In this document: positions 9,367-19,745 of the stretch, piece by piece | Layout: each line of letters starts with the position of its first letter | Numbering within the stretch: position 1 is the stretch's first letter | Assembly: GCA_965367815.1 (NCBI GenBank) | Contig: CBDUKN010000002.1 | Coordinates: 64,001-128,000, forward strand | DNA: 64,000 nt | Source of the DNA: an uncultured Thermoprotei archaeon | GTDB taxonomy: Archaea; Thermoproteota; Thermoprotei; Thermofilales; B15-G2 | Reading direction: 5' to 3' | Program-made: the position numbers and the translations under genes | Notes under the pieces: model-generated | What the model saw: only the letters and a program-made list of their open reading frames with translations | The model's database searches: none | What the model was told of the DNA's origin: nothing

Positions 9367-10098
9367 ATGCTGTGGTTCGCTGTGCTCATGTCCGCTTTAT
9401 TCGCCTTGGGCATAGCAGCTTCAGCTCTATACTTAGTTCCAGGGCTTTTTAAGAAGCCTTTAAACAGAGTACTTGAAGTAGAGCTAGAGGACCCTGTTGT
9501 CGTAGTCTCTGATATTCATAATGACTGCTCGCTACCGCCTGAGTTTTTGAATAAAATTAAAGAAATTAAGCCGAAGGCAGTAGTTTTCGCAGGAGACCTC
9601 TTTGATGAAGCGCATAAACCCGTTTCTGTAGCCACACTTAAGAAAATGCTTGAACCTAAAGTGATGCTTCTACCCGACTCTGTGGAAAAAGTTGTTTATG
9701 TGCTTAGCTTAGCGTCTCACGATCCTATTGTTCGAGACGAAGTAATTGAATTAGAGTATTTCTCTAGGAAAGTGATTGTTATAAAGCGGTGCTTAAAGCT
9801 TTCAACGAATAGTCTTGAAGTCTACATTACTCACGGCGATATTTCATGCCCTAATGGCGCTTTAGCACATATTATTAACAGACTGGCTTCTCTTATAGGA
9901 GTAAGTCTTTTTCTAGAAAAACTACTTAAGAGGAGACTAGAGGATCGCTGCTGGCTAATTATGGGGCATACGCATATACCGGGTATTTGCCAGAAGTATC
10001 GAGTTGCAAATACTGGCTCCTGGAAAGAATATTATCGGAGAGCTTCGAAAAGCTTCGTATTGATTAACGGAGATAGAGTACAGCTTATTTTCGCGTAA
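9367..10098 (+). CDS. Membrane-anchored metallophosphoesterase (calcineurin-like)
   Basis: SDIH, GDLFD, SHD, HGD, GHTH, NTGSW; N-terminal TM helix. Confidence 0.8.
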   Translation: MLWFAVLMSALFALGIAASALYLVPGLFKKPLNRVLEVELEDPVVVVSDIHNDCSLPPEFLNKIKEIKPKAVVFAGDLFDEAHKPVSVATLKKMLEPKVMLLPDSVEKVVYVLSLASHDPIVRDEVIELEYFSRKVIVIKRCLKLSTNSLEVYITHGDISCPNGALAHIINRLASLIGVSLFLEKLLKRRLEDRCWLIMGHTHIPGICQKYRVANTGSWKEYYRRASKSFVLINGDRVQLIFA

Positions 10099-10693
10099 TT
10101 TTCTTCGAAACATATACGCAGTAGCCTGCTTCACGGGCTATTATTTCACAGTTTCCGAAAACCTCTACCATTTTATCCATTAATCTTTTTCCTCCCTTCC
10201 GATGCCTAGCCACTAATTGAAGCAAACCTCCTTCCACTAAATGCTCGGGGGCTTCTTCTATGATTCTATAGCATATTTTGAGCCCGGCGCTTATAGGCGG
10301 GTTTGATATTATCGTATTGAATACTTCGTTTTTAACTGGCTCGTAGAGATCGCCCCACCTGACTTCAGCGTTTTTAATACTATTTATTTTAATATTCATT
10401 TTTGTCAGTTTTACTGCTCGCTTATTAATATCAGTTAACACTACATAGCCATTAGGTGCCAGTTTGGCCGCTACTAGTCCTAGAACTCCGTATCCGCAGC
10501 CTAAGTCGAGTATTTTCCAGCTATCTTCTATTATCATATATTTTGCTAAAACCTCGGTACCTTTGTCTAGTTTTTTAGCAGAGAATACCCCACTTTCGCT
10601 GACTATAGTTAGCTCTACTCCTCTCAGACATATAGTAAATTTGTATTTCTTTACTTTACTTGAAGGTATTTTAGCAAAATAGTGTTCATTCAC
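10085..10693 (-). CDS. Class I SAM methyltransferase, RsmC/MTS family
   Basis: HYF, SGVFS..KLD.GT, LDLGCGYG, ISNPP. Confidence 0.85.
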   Translation of the reverse strand: MNEHYFAKIPSSKVKKYKFTICLRGVELTIVSESGVFSAKKLDKGTEVLAKYMIIEDSWKILDLGCGYGVLGLVAAKLAPNGYVVLTDINKRAVKLTKMNIKINSIKNAEVRWGDLYEPVKNEVFNTIISNPPISAGLKICYRIIEEAPEHLVEGGLLQLVARHRKGGKRLMDKMVEVFGNCEIIAREAGYCVYVSKKITRK

Positions 10694-10721
10694 TTCAGGC
10701 TAAGTGACTAAATAATACTAC

Positions 10722-11600
10722 TTAAATGTTTATCCAGCTTAGAATAATGTAAGTAGTAATACCCAAGAATACAGGTATAGGCAAGCCAGGGAGGGCTCTA
10801 TGTCCTTTTTCAAGAGTTTTTAACGTAATATATGCTCCGACTACAATACTTAAGGATACTAAGATAAACCTCTCTAAAGAGAATTTAGGCGAAGAAAGAG
10901 CTAGGGACATTAACATAGAATAAAAGACAATGTCTCCTAGACCTATTATAAGACCTTTAAATGAGAGAGCTATTCCGCGCAGAAAACTAGGCTCATAGGT
11001 TTCTTCCTGCACTTTTTCCTTAGACTTTATTTCGTCTACTAGTGCGCGAAGCGGTCCTTTGAAAACAGCGTAAACATCCCAGAGAGCTACAGTAGCTGCA
11101 GCGGCTAGTACCGTCCACGGAGGCAGTGTTACTCCAAACAAAGTCCCTATAGATACTCCTAAGAGCAGTGTAGAAAACGCTGCGAGGAAACCTTTCTTCG
11201 TAAATAAAACAAGGTAGGAAAAAATGACTGTAAGAACTAGTATAGTAATATTGAAGACAAGTAAGTCTACATATTCTAGTCCCAGCAGTATACAAATACT
11301 AGCTACATATATTGTTACAATACTGTAGATTGATGAAGCTACAAGAACTTTGACTATTGCCTCCAATATTTTCACTTTCTTGAATTTTATTAAGATATAC
11401 AACATCAGCGATCCTATTACTATTAATGAAAGAAGAAGCATTGTGTTATAGAGCGTCGCATAATATGTTTCTTCTTTCATAAAAGGCATTTCTACAAGTT
11501 CACTTATGTTAGAAAACACGAGGATATAAGTACATAGATAAGTGAATACACATGTAGCCACTAAAGGAACTAAATGAACTATTGAAATCTTTTTGTCCAC
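10722..11600 (-). CDS. Presenilin-family intramembrane aspartyl protease (A22)
   Basis: About 9 TM helices; WDVYAVFKGPL, GLGDIVFYS, LPGLP (PAL-like). Confidence 0.85.
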   Translation of the reverse strand: MDKKISIVHLVPLVATCVFTYLCTYILVFSNISELVEMPFMKEETYYATLYNTMLLLSLIVIGSLMLYILIKFKKVKILEAIVKVLVASSIYSIVTIYVASICILLGLEYVDLLVFNITILVLTVIFSYLVLFTKKGFLAAFSTLLLGVSIGTLFGVTLPPWTVLAAAATVALWDVYAVFKGPLRALVDEIKSKEKVQEETYEPSFLRGIALSFKGLIIGLGDIVFYSMLMSLALSSPKFSLERFILVSLSIVVGAYITLKTLEKGHRALPGLPIPVFLGITTYIILSWINI

Positions 11601-11755
11601 AGCTCTAGTGAAAGTACCGTAATTAATATGCTTTATTCGAGCTTTGCTGATTCAATACTCCTGTTTACCTAGACCTAGAAAGTATTGTAGTTAATATGTT
11701 CAAATATATTGAGAATAACAAGTGTTAAGAGAACTAAGTGTCTTGTATAAAGTAT

Positions 11756-12136
11756 TTATTCTCCTCCTAGCAAAATGTCTCTTAGTCTTTTAGCATATGA
11801 TTTAGCATCGAAAAGCGCTAAACCTAATTTAGCTCCCGGCCTTAGTACTACCGACAAGAGCACGTCTTCAGTGACATTGGTTATTAGTATGCCTCCCTCA
11901 GTGCCTTCAATATACGTCATGACATTACGTCCTCTACCTAGCTCAGCGGCTACTCTCTCTGCTACGCTTTGAATAGCGGCTGTCATTGCAGCTACTTTAG
12001 CTTCGTCTACTTCGCTTGGAAGAGCACTAGCTATTACTAGTCCGTCTGAGCTTACTAGAGCACTTGCCTCTATGTCGCTATTTCTTCTCTCTAGATCCCT
12101 CAACGTTTTCGTCAATTCCTCAACACGGCTGCTCAA
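11756..12136 (-). CDS. Roadblock/LC7 (MglB-like) protein
   Basis: IEASALVSSDGLVIAS, VAAMTA, ELGRG, LGL..F; TTG start preceded by GGGTGA RBS. Confidence 0.9.
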   Translation of the reverse strand: MSSRVEELTKTLRDLERRNSDIEASALVSSDGLVIASALPSEVDEAKVAAMTAAIQSVAERVAAELGRGRNVMTYIEGTEGGILITNVTEDVLLSVVLRPGAKLGLALFDAKSYAKRLRDILLGGE

Positions 12137-12244
12137 ATATATTCACCCCTATTTCAATTTATGCACACTAAATTTATATGTATCGCGTTAATTAAAAAGT
12201 TTTCTTTTAGAATAAATTTATTTCCTATACTTAAAGTCGTAAAC

Positions 12245-14104
12245 CTATACTTGATTCTTAGAGCGGAAAAATAGAGAAAGCTTTTCTGAGAGTTTCTTCG
12301 GAGAGTTAACAATAAAACAGTCTTCAAGTAACTCCGGTAGAAACTTTCTTATGCTGTCTGTTAGAATCCTTTTGTCTAAAATAACGATTGCCGCTTTGTC
12401 TTTTTCTGAGCGAATAGCTCTTCCTGCAGCCTGCTTTATTTTCATTGCGGCTGGTATCGCAAAAGCATATTCCCAGCCCAAGCTCTTATTAGAGTATTTT
12501 ATTGAAATAAGCTCTTTAAGCTTCGAGTTGAAGATATCGGGTTCAGGGTAAGGTATACCAGCTATAACGACAGTTGATATCATGCTTCCGCTCTTGCTCT
12601 TAATTTCTATACCTTCGACAATTTTTCCTCCAGCTACAGCTAGTACTATTGTTTTGTTTTTTGCCTGAACAGCGTTTACAATATCTTCTATTCTCGTAGA
12701 TTCATCTTCTATTATGAGAGGATTTCCTTTTAGAAGTCTTTTGATGGGTTTAAGGAACTCGTATGAAGGAGTTACTACTAATATAGCTTTATTTTCTGGC
12801 GATACGCTGTATGCCGATAAAATATACTCACACATTCTTTCATACATCGTGTCGCTTCTCTCAGAGTACCTTGAAGTAACATCAGTTGCTACTACCACTA
12901 AACGGTTCTCTCTAGGAAATATCTCTCCTACTCTCTTCTCTCTAACTTTAGCAGAAGGTAAGCCAAGTATATCCGATAAGAATTCTTTTGGCTGAAGCGT
13001 AGCGCTCATTAAGATTCCTGCTCCCAGATTACTAAAGAGCTGCTCTAGTCTTCCTGCAGGACTAATACACCTGTACTCTAGTACTACCTCTCCTTCCTCA
13101 AGTCTCGCAGACAGAACGTATCCTCGCCTAAATTCTAAGAGAGATTTGAGGAACTTTGCTACGTAGCGCACATAGCACCGGCTTTTAGAAACTTTTTCAC
13201 TTTTTCTTTTCTCTATAGTTAAAGCCTCGGCTTCTCTCACAAAAGACTGTACGCTTCTTACTGCTGTCAGAATGTCATCTATGTTTATTGGAACTCCTTT
13301 CTCGTTTATTTTTCTCGAAAGAACTCTATAGAAAGCAAGTAAACGACTACAGTCTCTAGCTAGATCGTAGAAGTGGTATTTAGACGCCTCTTTCTTGGCC
13401 AGCCGCACTAGCCTCATAGGCATTTTGATACTCAACATGTTTGAGAGAGAAGAAGGCAGGTTATGTGCTTCGTCTACAACGAGGACTATTTTATCTAAAG
13501 ATAAACCTGTCATAGAGAAGAAACTTTGCTGTACTTTAGGATCAAATACGTAGGGGTAAGAGCCTATAATTACTTTAGCTCCTAGCTGAACTAGTCTACG
13601 GGCCGCCTCGTAGGGACAAAGATCATCAAAGCGGCACTTCTCTATAAAGTCTACAGGAGTTCGAGCTATTAAACAGTAGTCAAATAAGTCTTCTGGCTTC
13701 AGCTTCAGTACATTTGTCGAGTAGATACATCCTTGCTCTCTTTTCTCTTTACAAAATTCTAGAAATTCTTCGTAGTCCATGTGCTGCGTAGACTCAAGCG
13801 AACACATTTCCTTCTTGCTTCTAAAAAGAGAGTAGAATACATGAACTCCTTTCTTCTGGAGTAGCTTTAATTCTCTGAAGGGAGCCATGGCCTGATTCTT
13901 AGTTCTAGCAGTAAAGAAGACCTTTAGATCACTGTCCTCTATTGCAGACAATACACCGGCTAAAACAGCCGAAGTTTTACCTACACCGGTCGGCGCTTCA
14001 AGTAAAAGTATCTCGCCTTTCTCAACTGCCTTTCTGACAGCTTCAGCTATTTCTCTTTGATACTTTCTCCAAGTAGCGTAAGGAAAGTACTTTTCTAAAG
14101 ACAT
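12245..14104 (-). CDS. xpd: XPD/Rad3 Fe-S DNA helicase
   Basis: FPY...R..Q, EAPTGVGKT, Fe-S cysteines (C..., LCPY), VDEAHNL, MSATL, EGIE, QAAGRAIRS. Confidence 0.9.
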   Translation of the reverse strand: MSLEKYFPYATWRKYQREIAEAVRKAVEKGEILLLEAPTGVGKTSAVLAGVLSAIEDSDLKVFFTARTKNQAMAPFRELKLLQKKGVHVFYSLFRSKKEMCSLESTQHMDYEEFLEFCKEKREQGCIYSTNVLKLKPEDLFDYCLIARTPVDFIEKCRFDDLCPYEAARRLVQLGAKVIIGSYPYVFDPKVQQSFFSMTGLSLDKIVLVVDEAHNLPSSLSNMLSIKMPMRLVRLAKKEASKYHFYDLARDCSRLLAFYRVLSRKINEKGVPINIDDILTAVRSVQSFVREAEALTIEKRKSEKVSKSRCYVRYVAKFLKSLLEFRRGYVLSARLEEGEVVLEYRCISPAGRLEQLFSNLGAGILMSATLQPKEFLSDILGLPSAKVREKRVGEIFPRENRLVVVATDVTSRYSERSDTMYERMCEYILSAYSVSPENKAILVVTPSYEFLKPIKRLLKGNPLIIEDESTRIEDIVNAVQAKNKTIVLAVAGGKIVEGIEIKSKSGSMISTVVIAGIPYPEPDIFNSKLKELISIKYSNKSLGWEYAFAIPAAMKIKQAAGRAIRSEKDKAAIVILDKRILTDSIRKFLPELLEDCFIVNSPKKLSEKLSLFFRSKNQV

Positions 14105-14219
14105 TTTATCGTACCAGCTCTGCAGGGACTCCCTCCTTATTTTGACAGAACATACTGAGTAAAATATCTTATTTAAGGAAATAGATCGCTACTTCAAATC
14201 GAGTAACTAGAACTCGGTG

Positions 14220-15377
14220 TTAAGTAGAAATAAGCGAGTTAAGCCATGCAATAAGCTTTTGGTAAGCAACTATCCTTGGTACAGCTTTTGCTCCAGGAGG
14301 CCCTGGCTTCTTCATGTAAAACGCATTCACCTCGTATACAGTGCCATATAGCCTCCTATCTAGAGCTATTTTAGCTAAACGTACTAAGTCAACAAGCAGC
14401 CCTGCAAGTGCAGGACTATCATTTATCCTCATATTCACTGTAATTTCGTCGACGAGACCATTGAATGTAATGTACTCGAGGTTGAGTGAAACAAATTTTC
14501 TGTCACCTAAAGGCTCTAAGTACCCCGTGGGCTTAATGTACGTAGGCACTTTGTATTCAAGAATATCTTCTACAACACTTGTTTTCGTGGTTTCTTTTGC
14601 TTTATTTCTCCTACTATCAGTTAGAGCTAAAAAGTCCGTATTCCCACCTATATTGTACTGAACAATGTATCTTACTCTCCTGTTCCTTTCCTTCAAGTGC
14701 TCAACTAAATCTGAGGTAAATGGAGTTGCTCCAGTAGCACAGTCGTCGCCAAAAATAATCATTCCGGATTGCCGGCAGAGCTCTAGGAAAGCCTCGTCGT
14801 TTGCTAGCAGCACAGGAATAGCATTAATGAAAGCTATAGGCTTGACTTTCTTTGAGTATAGGTAAGCTATGTAAGCATAGACTTGAGTAGCGGTCAAAGA
14901 CTCTAATTTATTCTCCACTATCGCTTTCTCTAACTCCTCTGGGCTGCCAAATACTTGTCCATGCTCAGTAGTAATCGTATTCACTACGACATCCGGCTCT
15001 AATTCCTTCCACTCAGCTAGAATTCTATCTACTGCTTCGCCAAGCCCCTTCTTCTCCTCGAGTCCATGTGCTTTAACAGGCATGCCACGTAAACTACCTA
15101 AATGTACTCCTCTTCTAATAGTAATTTTCTTAAGAGACTCGGGTACAGGAACACTGCCACCTACTAGCTTCTCCGCGACGTCATACACTGTTTTACCTAC
15201 TTTATTTTCATCAACATCATATGATGCAACAATCTCTATGTCAGAAATCTTGTAACCTAAATCGTACTCTGCTAGCGGAACACCAAAAGGCTCTATTTCT
15301 CCTAACTTTATTCTCTCGACACCCACAGAGAAATGGGAAGCACCCATACCCTGCCCTAAGACAACTACTCTGATCAT
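14220..15377 (-). CDS. ino1: myo-Inositol-1-phosphate synthase
   Basis: Rossmann G.GM.A, GDDCATGAT, QYNIGGNTDF, NDSPALAG, AFYMKKP. Confidence 0.9.
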   Translation of the reverse strand: MIRVVVLGQGMGASHFSVGVERIKLGEIEPFGVPLAEYDLGYKISDIEIVASYDVDENKVGKTVYDVAEKLVGGSVPVPESLKKITIRRGVHLGSLRGMPVKAHGLEEKKGLGEAVDRILAEWKELEPDVVVNTITTEHGQVFGSPEELEKAIVENKLESLTATQVYAYIAYLYSKKVKPIAFINAIPVLLANDEAFLELCRQSGMIIFGDDCATGATPFTSDLVEHLKERNRRVRYIVQYNIGGNTDFLALTDSRRNKAKETTKTSVVEDILEYKVPTYIKPTGYLEPLGDRKFVSLNLEYITFNGLVDEITVNMRINDSPALAGLLVDLVRLAKIALDRRLYGTVYEVNAFYMKKPGPPGAKAVPRIVAYQKLIAWLNSLIST

Positions 15378-15424
15378 GTTACCACCCTATTTTATGAGAA
15401 TAAAATATTTATGAGTATATAAAA

Positions 15425-16138
15425 CTATGCTTTGATGTATCCGCAGTTTCTACACTTATACTTCTTCTCAACTTCATCCCAGTGCAAACGATGAAAACAT
15501 CGAGGACAAGAATACTCGCCTACTTCCAAAACTCCATTAAGTTTAAGAATCTTTTTAACTAAGTACTCAGTCTCGCCTGTAAGCTTAGCAATCTTCTTTA
15601 TACTATAACCTCTATTATAAAGCTCTATTATAAACTGTTTTTTATCTTCATCTATTTTATCGTATTTTCTTCTCCGAGCAATCTTCTCTTTAACATCAGG
15701 TCTCTGCAAAGCAAGCCTAGTTCTCTCACGAATCAAGTATACTTCATACTGAGCAACCCAAGCCAAAATAGCTATAATAAGGTCTCTTATCTGAGGATGC
15801 ATAATATGAGTAAACTCTTCTCTAACACTAATAACCATAATACCTTTTCTCTCGAGAGCACTCATTGTAGAAAAGATATCTCTAAAGCTTCTCCCAAGTC
15901 TATCAAGAGAATAAACCAGGAGAATTTTTATATTCGGGTGTTGCTCAAGAAAAGCTAATGCCTCCTTGAAGCGAGGACGCTCAACAGCAGAAATACTGCC
16001 AGAAATATCTTCCTCGAACTCTTTCACTATACTAAATCCTCTCGATTCAGCAAACTTATGTACAGTAATCTTCTGCTGCTCTACACTCTGCTCCTCAGTA
16101 CTCACACGATAATATGCAATACACAGGCGCTGAGACAT
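15425..16138 (-). CDS. Serine recombinase (resolvase/invertase) with HTH and C-terminal Zn ribbon
   Basis: YYRVST..Q catalytic motif, SG, RP.F, LDRLGRS, ERT; CPRC...CRNC. Confidence 0.88.
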   Translation of the reverse strand: MSQRLCIAYYRVSTEEQSVEQQKITVHKFAESRGFSIVKEFEEDISGSISAVERPRFKEALAFLEQHPNIKILLVYSLDRLGRSFRDIFSTMSALERKGIMVISVREEFTHIMHPQIRDLIIAILAWVAQYEVYLIRERTRLALQRPDVKEKIARRRKYDKIDEDKKQFIIELYNRGYSIKKIAKLTGETEYLVKKILKLNGVLEVGEYSCPRCFHRLHWDEVEKKYKCRNCGYIKA

Positions 16139-16368
16139 TCTCCTTTAACACACGTTAGAGAAATATAGGTCTTTAGCGCCAATACCCCAACTATTACAGA
16201 AGACCATTAGAAAACTGCCTCACCATCGGTACATATGGTCAAAATGTAGCAAAATAAATTATTCTATACAGAAAAACACTACATTCTACTACATACACAA
16301 AAAGAAAACTGTTCTCTAGATAGAACTAAAAAACAAATATTTTAAACAAAGATACAGTAAAACATGAT

Positions 16369-16905
16369 ATGAGCAAAACAGTTTTCACTATAGCTATCAT
16401 TATCTTAGGTGCCGTAGTATTACTAGTCATCGGAGGTATAGCAGTAGCTCTTCTATTCACACAAACATCAACACAGCCCTCGACAAAAACAGTAAACGAA
16501 AAAATATGGACTATAAAAATCTACGATTTAGAAGGAAAAGCTGTAGATCTAAGTAAATACAAAGGCAAAATACTAGTAATAGACTTCTTCGCAACATGGT
16601 GCGGACCATGCGCAAAACAGCTTGAAGAACTCAAAAAACTTCTAGCTAGCCGCAGCGACGTACACATAGTTTCCATAAGCATATCTCCCGGTACAGATAC
16701 TCCAGAAAAACTCAAAAAATATGTAGAAGACCATAAAATAACATGGCCAGTTTACATAGATAAGAATAGAAGCATGACCAAACTATTCAGTATAAGCGCG
16801 GTTCCAACACTAGTAATAATAGGCCCTAGCGGAAAATACATTATACGAGTAGGGCTCACAAATCATAAAACCTTAAATGAACTAATAAACAAGGTTAAAG
16901 ACTAA
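16369..16905 (+). CDS. Membrane-anchored TlpA/ResA-like thioredoxin
   Basis: TM anchor, DFFATWCGPC, cis-Pro VPT. Confidence 0.88.
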   Translation: MSKTVFTIAIIILGAVVLLVIGGIAVALLFTQTSTQPSTKTVNEKIWTIKIYDLEGKAVDLSKYKGKILVIDFFATWCGPCAKQLEELKKLLASRSDVHIVSISISPGTDTPEKLKKYVEDHKITWPVYIDKNRSMTKLFSISAVPTLVIIGPSGKYIIRVGLTNHKTLNELINKVKD

Positions 16906-17131
16906 CTTAACTTTCCAAGAAACCTCTCCTACAAAAGGTATTCAACTATCCTTAATTCAATATCCTAATGAAGAACATGCAAAAGTATCTCAAGAAACTC
17001 CTCCTCCCTATTTTGGACACGAATAATAATTTTCGTCAAAGAATATTCATTAAATAGCTAAAATACTTTATATTTCTTAATAATAAGCCATATAATTAAA
17101 TATTTAAGCTCTAAAACACAAATTTTAATAT

Positions 17132-17585
17132 ATGAATAGAAAGTTTATAGCTATACTCATAGTAGCTCTACTGATAGCAATAGTATTCCTATACACACAT
17201 ACGAACTACTTTTCATTAAAAACATTTTCTTCTAAATCTAAAAAATAAATCATGCAAATATGAATTAAAAGAATTAAAGAAATTATTATCATAATTCAAT
17301 AATATTTACATAGTTTCAATCGATGTAGCACCTGCTGTAGATCCTCCTGAAAGATTAATGAAATACATTAAAGAGAGTAATATAACATGGCCAGTTTACA
17401 TAAATAAAAAAGGAGATTTAGTGATATTGTTCAAAATAGCTGCATTACCGACATTAGTGATTATAGAACCTATAGGAAAATATGTAGTCAAAGTAGGTTA
17501 TGTAGAATATAGTGAATTAATAAAATGTATTAATTATGTTAAGGAATATAATAGAAATAATTATTTTTGGCATTATTTTGAGTGA
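17132..17585 (+). pseudogene. Degenerate tandem paralog of the TlpA gene
   Basis: Signal-anchor ORF 17132-17248 stops early and the CxxC segment is missing. Downstream IVSIDVAPAVDPPERLMKYIKESNITWPVYI...LPTLVII aligns with the C-half of 16369-16905. Confidence 0.7.
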
Positions 17586-17784
17586 GAATATTGTACTCAC
17601 TTAAATAGATGTCCTTCGTTTTTCCTAAAAGAGTGAGTAGGGAGGTCCTCGCTTCGAGGTGCATCGGGCTTATTTAAATTTAATTGAATTATTTTTAAGA
17701 TACTTTTATAGTTTAGAATACTGTTATTTATCTTAGAGCCCTGAGTCGCCAAACATATTATTTGAGCATATTTTCTTTCGCGTA

Positions 17785-18675
17785 GTGAGAATAGCTGCTG
17801 TTAGCGACATTCATCACCCGGCTTCAACTATTCTAGTTAAGCTGGCTCAAGTACTGCGTAAGAGCGAAATCGACTTAATTGTTTTCGCAGGCGATGTAGT
17901 GAACTGGGCCGATGAGAAGTACTTCAAGAAGCTGTTGAAATTTATTAGAAGATTCTTTAAAGGGCCTCTTTTAGCTGTTTCAGGCAATCATGAGCACTGG
18001 CTTAGCGGTAGAGAAAAGAGAAGGGGGTTAACTAGTATCGAGAAGCTGAACAAGCTAGCTAAGCTTTACGAAGAATATAACGGAGTACTACTAGATGTAA
18101 AGGGTCCCTGCAGAATAGGAGACCTGTATGTTGTAGGTGTAGTAGGCTGGTATAACTATAGTTATGCTCAAGGTTTAGGGTTTACTGAGAAAGATTTCGA
18201 GAACTGCAATCCTTGAGGCTATAGTCTCCACAAGCTTGAAATAAAGGAGAAACGGGGGATAGGCTCTTGCCCATCGTGGTTTAGAGACTGTCTGTACGTG
18301 GAACTGAGTATGTCTGCTAGAGAATATGCTGAACTAAATGCGAGAAAGCTTAGAGACCAATTGGTCCGCGCGGGATCTCGTAGAAGTATTGTCATGCTTC
18401 ATCACTGTCCTCGAAGAGACCTCATTAAGTACACGGGTAATCGTTATGAAGACTTTTACTTAGCTTATGCGGGTCACCAGAAATTAGACGATATTATAAG
18501 GAGCTGTGGGAAAGTTTTCCTAGTGATTTATGGTCACTTACATGAAAAAGCTCTTGAGCCTACAGCTCAGAAGAATGGACTTACTTATGTTAATCCCTAT
18601 CCTCTGTACCCCTTGCTGAACAGGAAGATAACTCTGATTGAAGTTGATGAATATAAGGGAAGGTATTGTCTATAG
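17785..18675 (+). pseudogene. Metallophosphoesterase interrupted by one in-frame TGA (18214-18216)
   Basis: SDIH, GD and GNHE before the stop, HH.P and GHLH after it. ORFs 17785 and 18298 share a frame with no other stop between them. Confidence 0.75.
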
Positions 18676-18737
18676 AATTTGTGTAGACTATTTCGTAGGG
18701 ACAGGTTTCGAAGATCTTAAGTAGCGCACTTAAAGTA

Positions 18738-19613
18738 ATGTATTTTGGTGGATTCATGGATTATCTGATTGTAGACACTTATCCCGGTTTCGTGCTCGCT
18801 TTATGTGAGAATCCGGGTAAGTCTCCGCTGGCTACATGGGAGGAGTTTTACAGCAAAAAATTTCCTAAAATTTATGAGCTTCAGATAGGTAATTACGGGG
18901 AAAATTGGAGAATTTTTGCTGAGAAATATGTTTTCTCGAAATTTACTTCATGGTTTCCTAAAACTAGCCGCGTTTGGAGAAATCTACTATCAGTAATACC
19001 TTATGCTTACAGAGAATTCGCTAAGTCCTGGAGGAATAGACTAGGCGTCGTTTTTGTGGTTTATGTGGGGATAGGATGTGGTGCTGGCTGGGCAACGGAG
19101 TACAGGGGGAGAAAAGCTGTTTTACTTGGACTAGAGAACATAGTAGATTTGAATTGGTGTAGTTTAGAGGATTTACGTGGCCTGATAATACATGAGCTAG
19201 CGCACTTAATTCACATGGAGTTGAGAGGCCTATCTGCTAGGGAATTCGAAAAACTTGAATCGGATCCCCTGTTTCTGCTTTATAGTGAAGGATATGCGAC
19301 ATATATTGAAGAAGAGCTGACGGGAAAAGGTCTTGCTAGGATAGCTTCAGATAATAGCTGGCTGAACTGGTGTAAGTGTCATTTAGGTTTTCTTTCAAGA
19401 AAATACTTAAGTCGGATAGAGTCTGGTAAGCCTGTAAATGATTTCTACGGCTCCTGGCTGAGTATAGAGGGGAAGAGCCAGACCGGCTACTATCTTGGAT
19501 ACGAGTTTATCAAGTACTTAGCGCGTAAAACTTCTTTAAGAAGCATAGCGGTGTTGAATGTCAAAAAGATAAAAGAAGAAGCGATGTGTTTCCTAAGAGC
19601 TCTCGCCAATTAA
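18738..19613 (+). CDS. Predicted Zn-dependent protease (DUF2268-like)
   Basis: HELAH zincin motif, SEG.A, GYYLG. Confidence 0.7.
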   Translation: MYFGGFMDYLIVDTYPGFVLALCENPGKSPLATWEEFYSKKFPKIYELQIGNYGENWRIFAEKYVFSKFTSWFPKTSRVWRNLLSVIPYAYREFAKSWRNRLGVVFVVYVGIGCGAGWATEYRGRKAVLLGLENIVDLNWCSLEDLRGLIIHELAHLIHMELRGLSAREFEKLESDPLFLLYSEGYATYIEEELTGKGLARIASDNSWLNWCKCHLGFLSRKYLSRIESGKPVNDFYGSWLSIEGKSQTGYYLGYEFIKYLARKTSLRSIAVLNVKKIKEEAMCFLRALAN

Positions 19614-19644
19614 AGAATAAATAGCCTTAGATAAAATACTAGTT

Positions 19645-19704
19645 GGGGCGATGAGGAAGCGCTGTCCCCATAAGACCGGTGAAGCCCCTCCCCCTTTGCC
19701 GAGC
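19645..19704 (+). ncRNA. Possible degenerate box C/D sRNA
   Basis: GC-rich island; C-like GCGATGA 19648-19654, D-like CCGA 19699-19702, poor internal boxes; guides AAGCGCTGTCCCC and CCCCTCCCCCTTTG. Confidence 0.4.
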
Positions 19705-19745
19705 CGATGTAAGCGGCTGTATGTTCATTGTTTCGCTTAAGTAGC

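Noticed and set aside
15425-16138. IS607-family element
   Set aside because: No tnpB, and the HTH is C-terminal (resolvase-type) rather than N-terminal
19645-19695. Fluoride riboswitch (begins GGCGAUGAGG)
   Set aside because: Lacks the CGCC/AAAC and UGAUG...CUAC elements, and there is no crcB-type gene downstream
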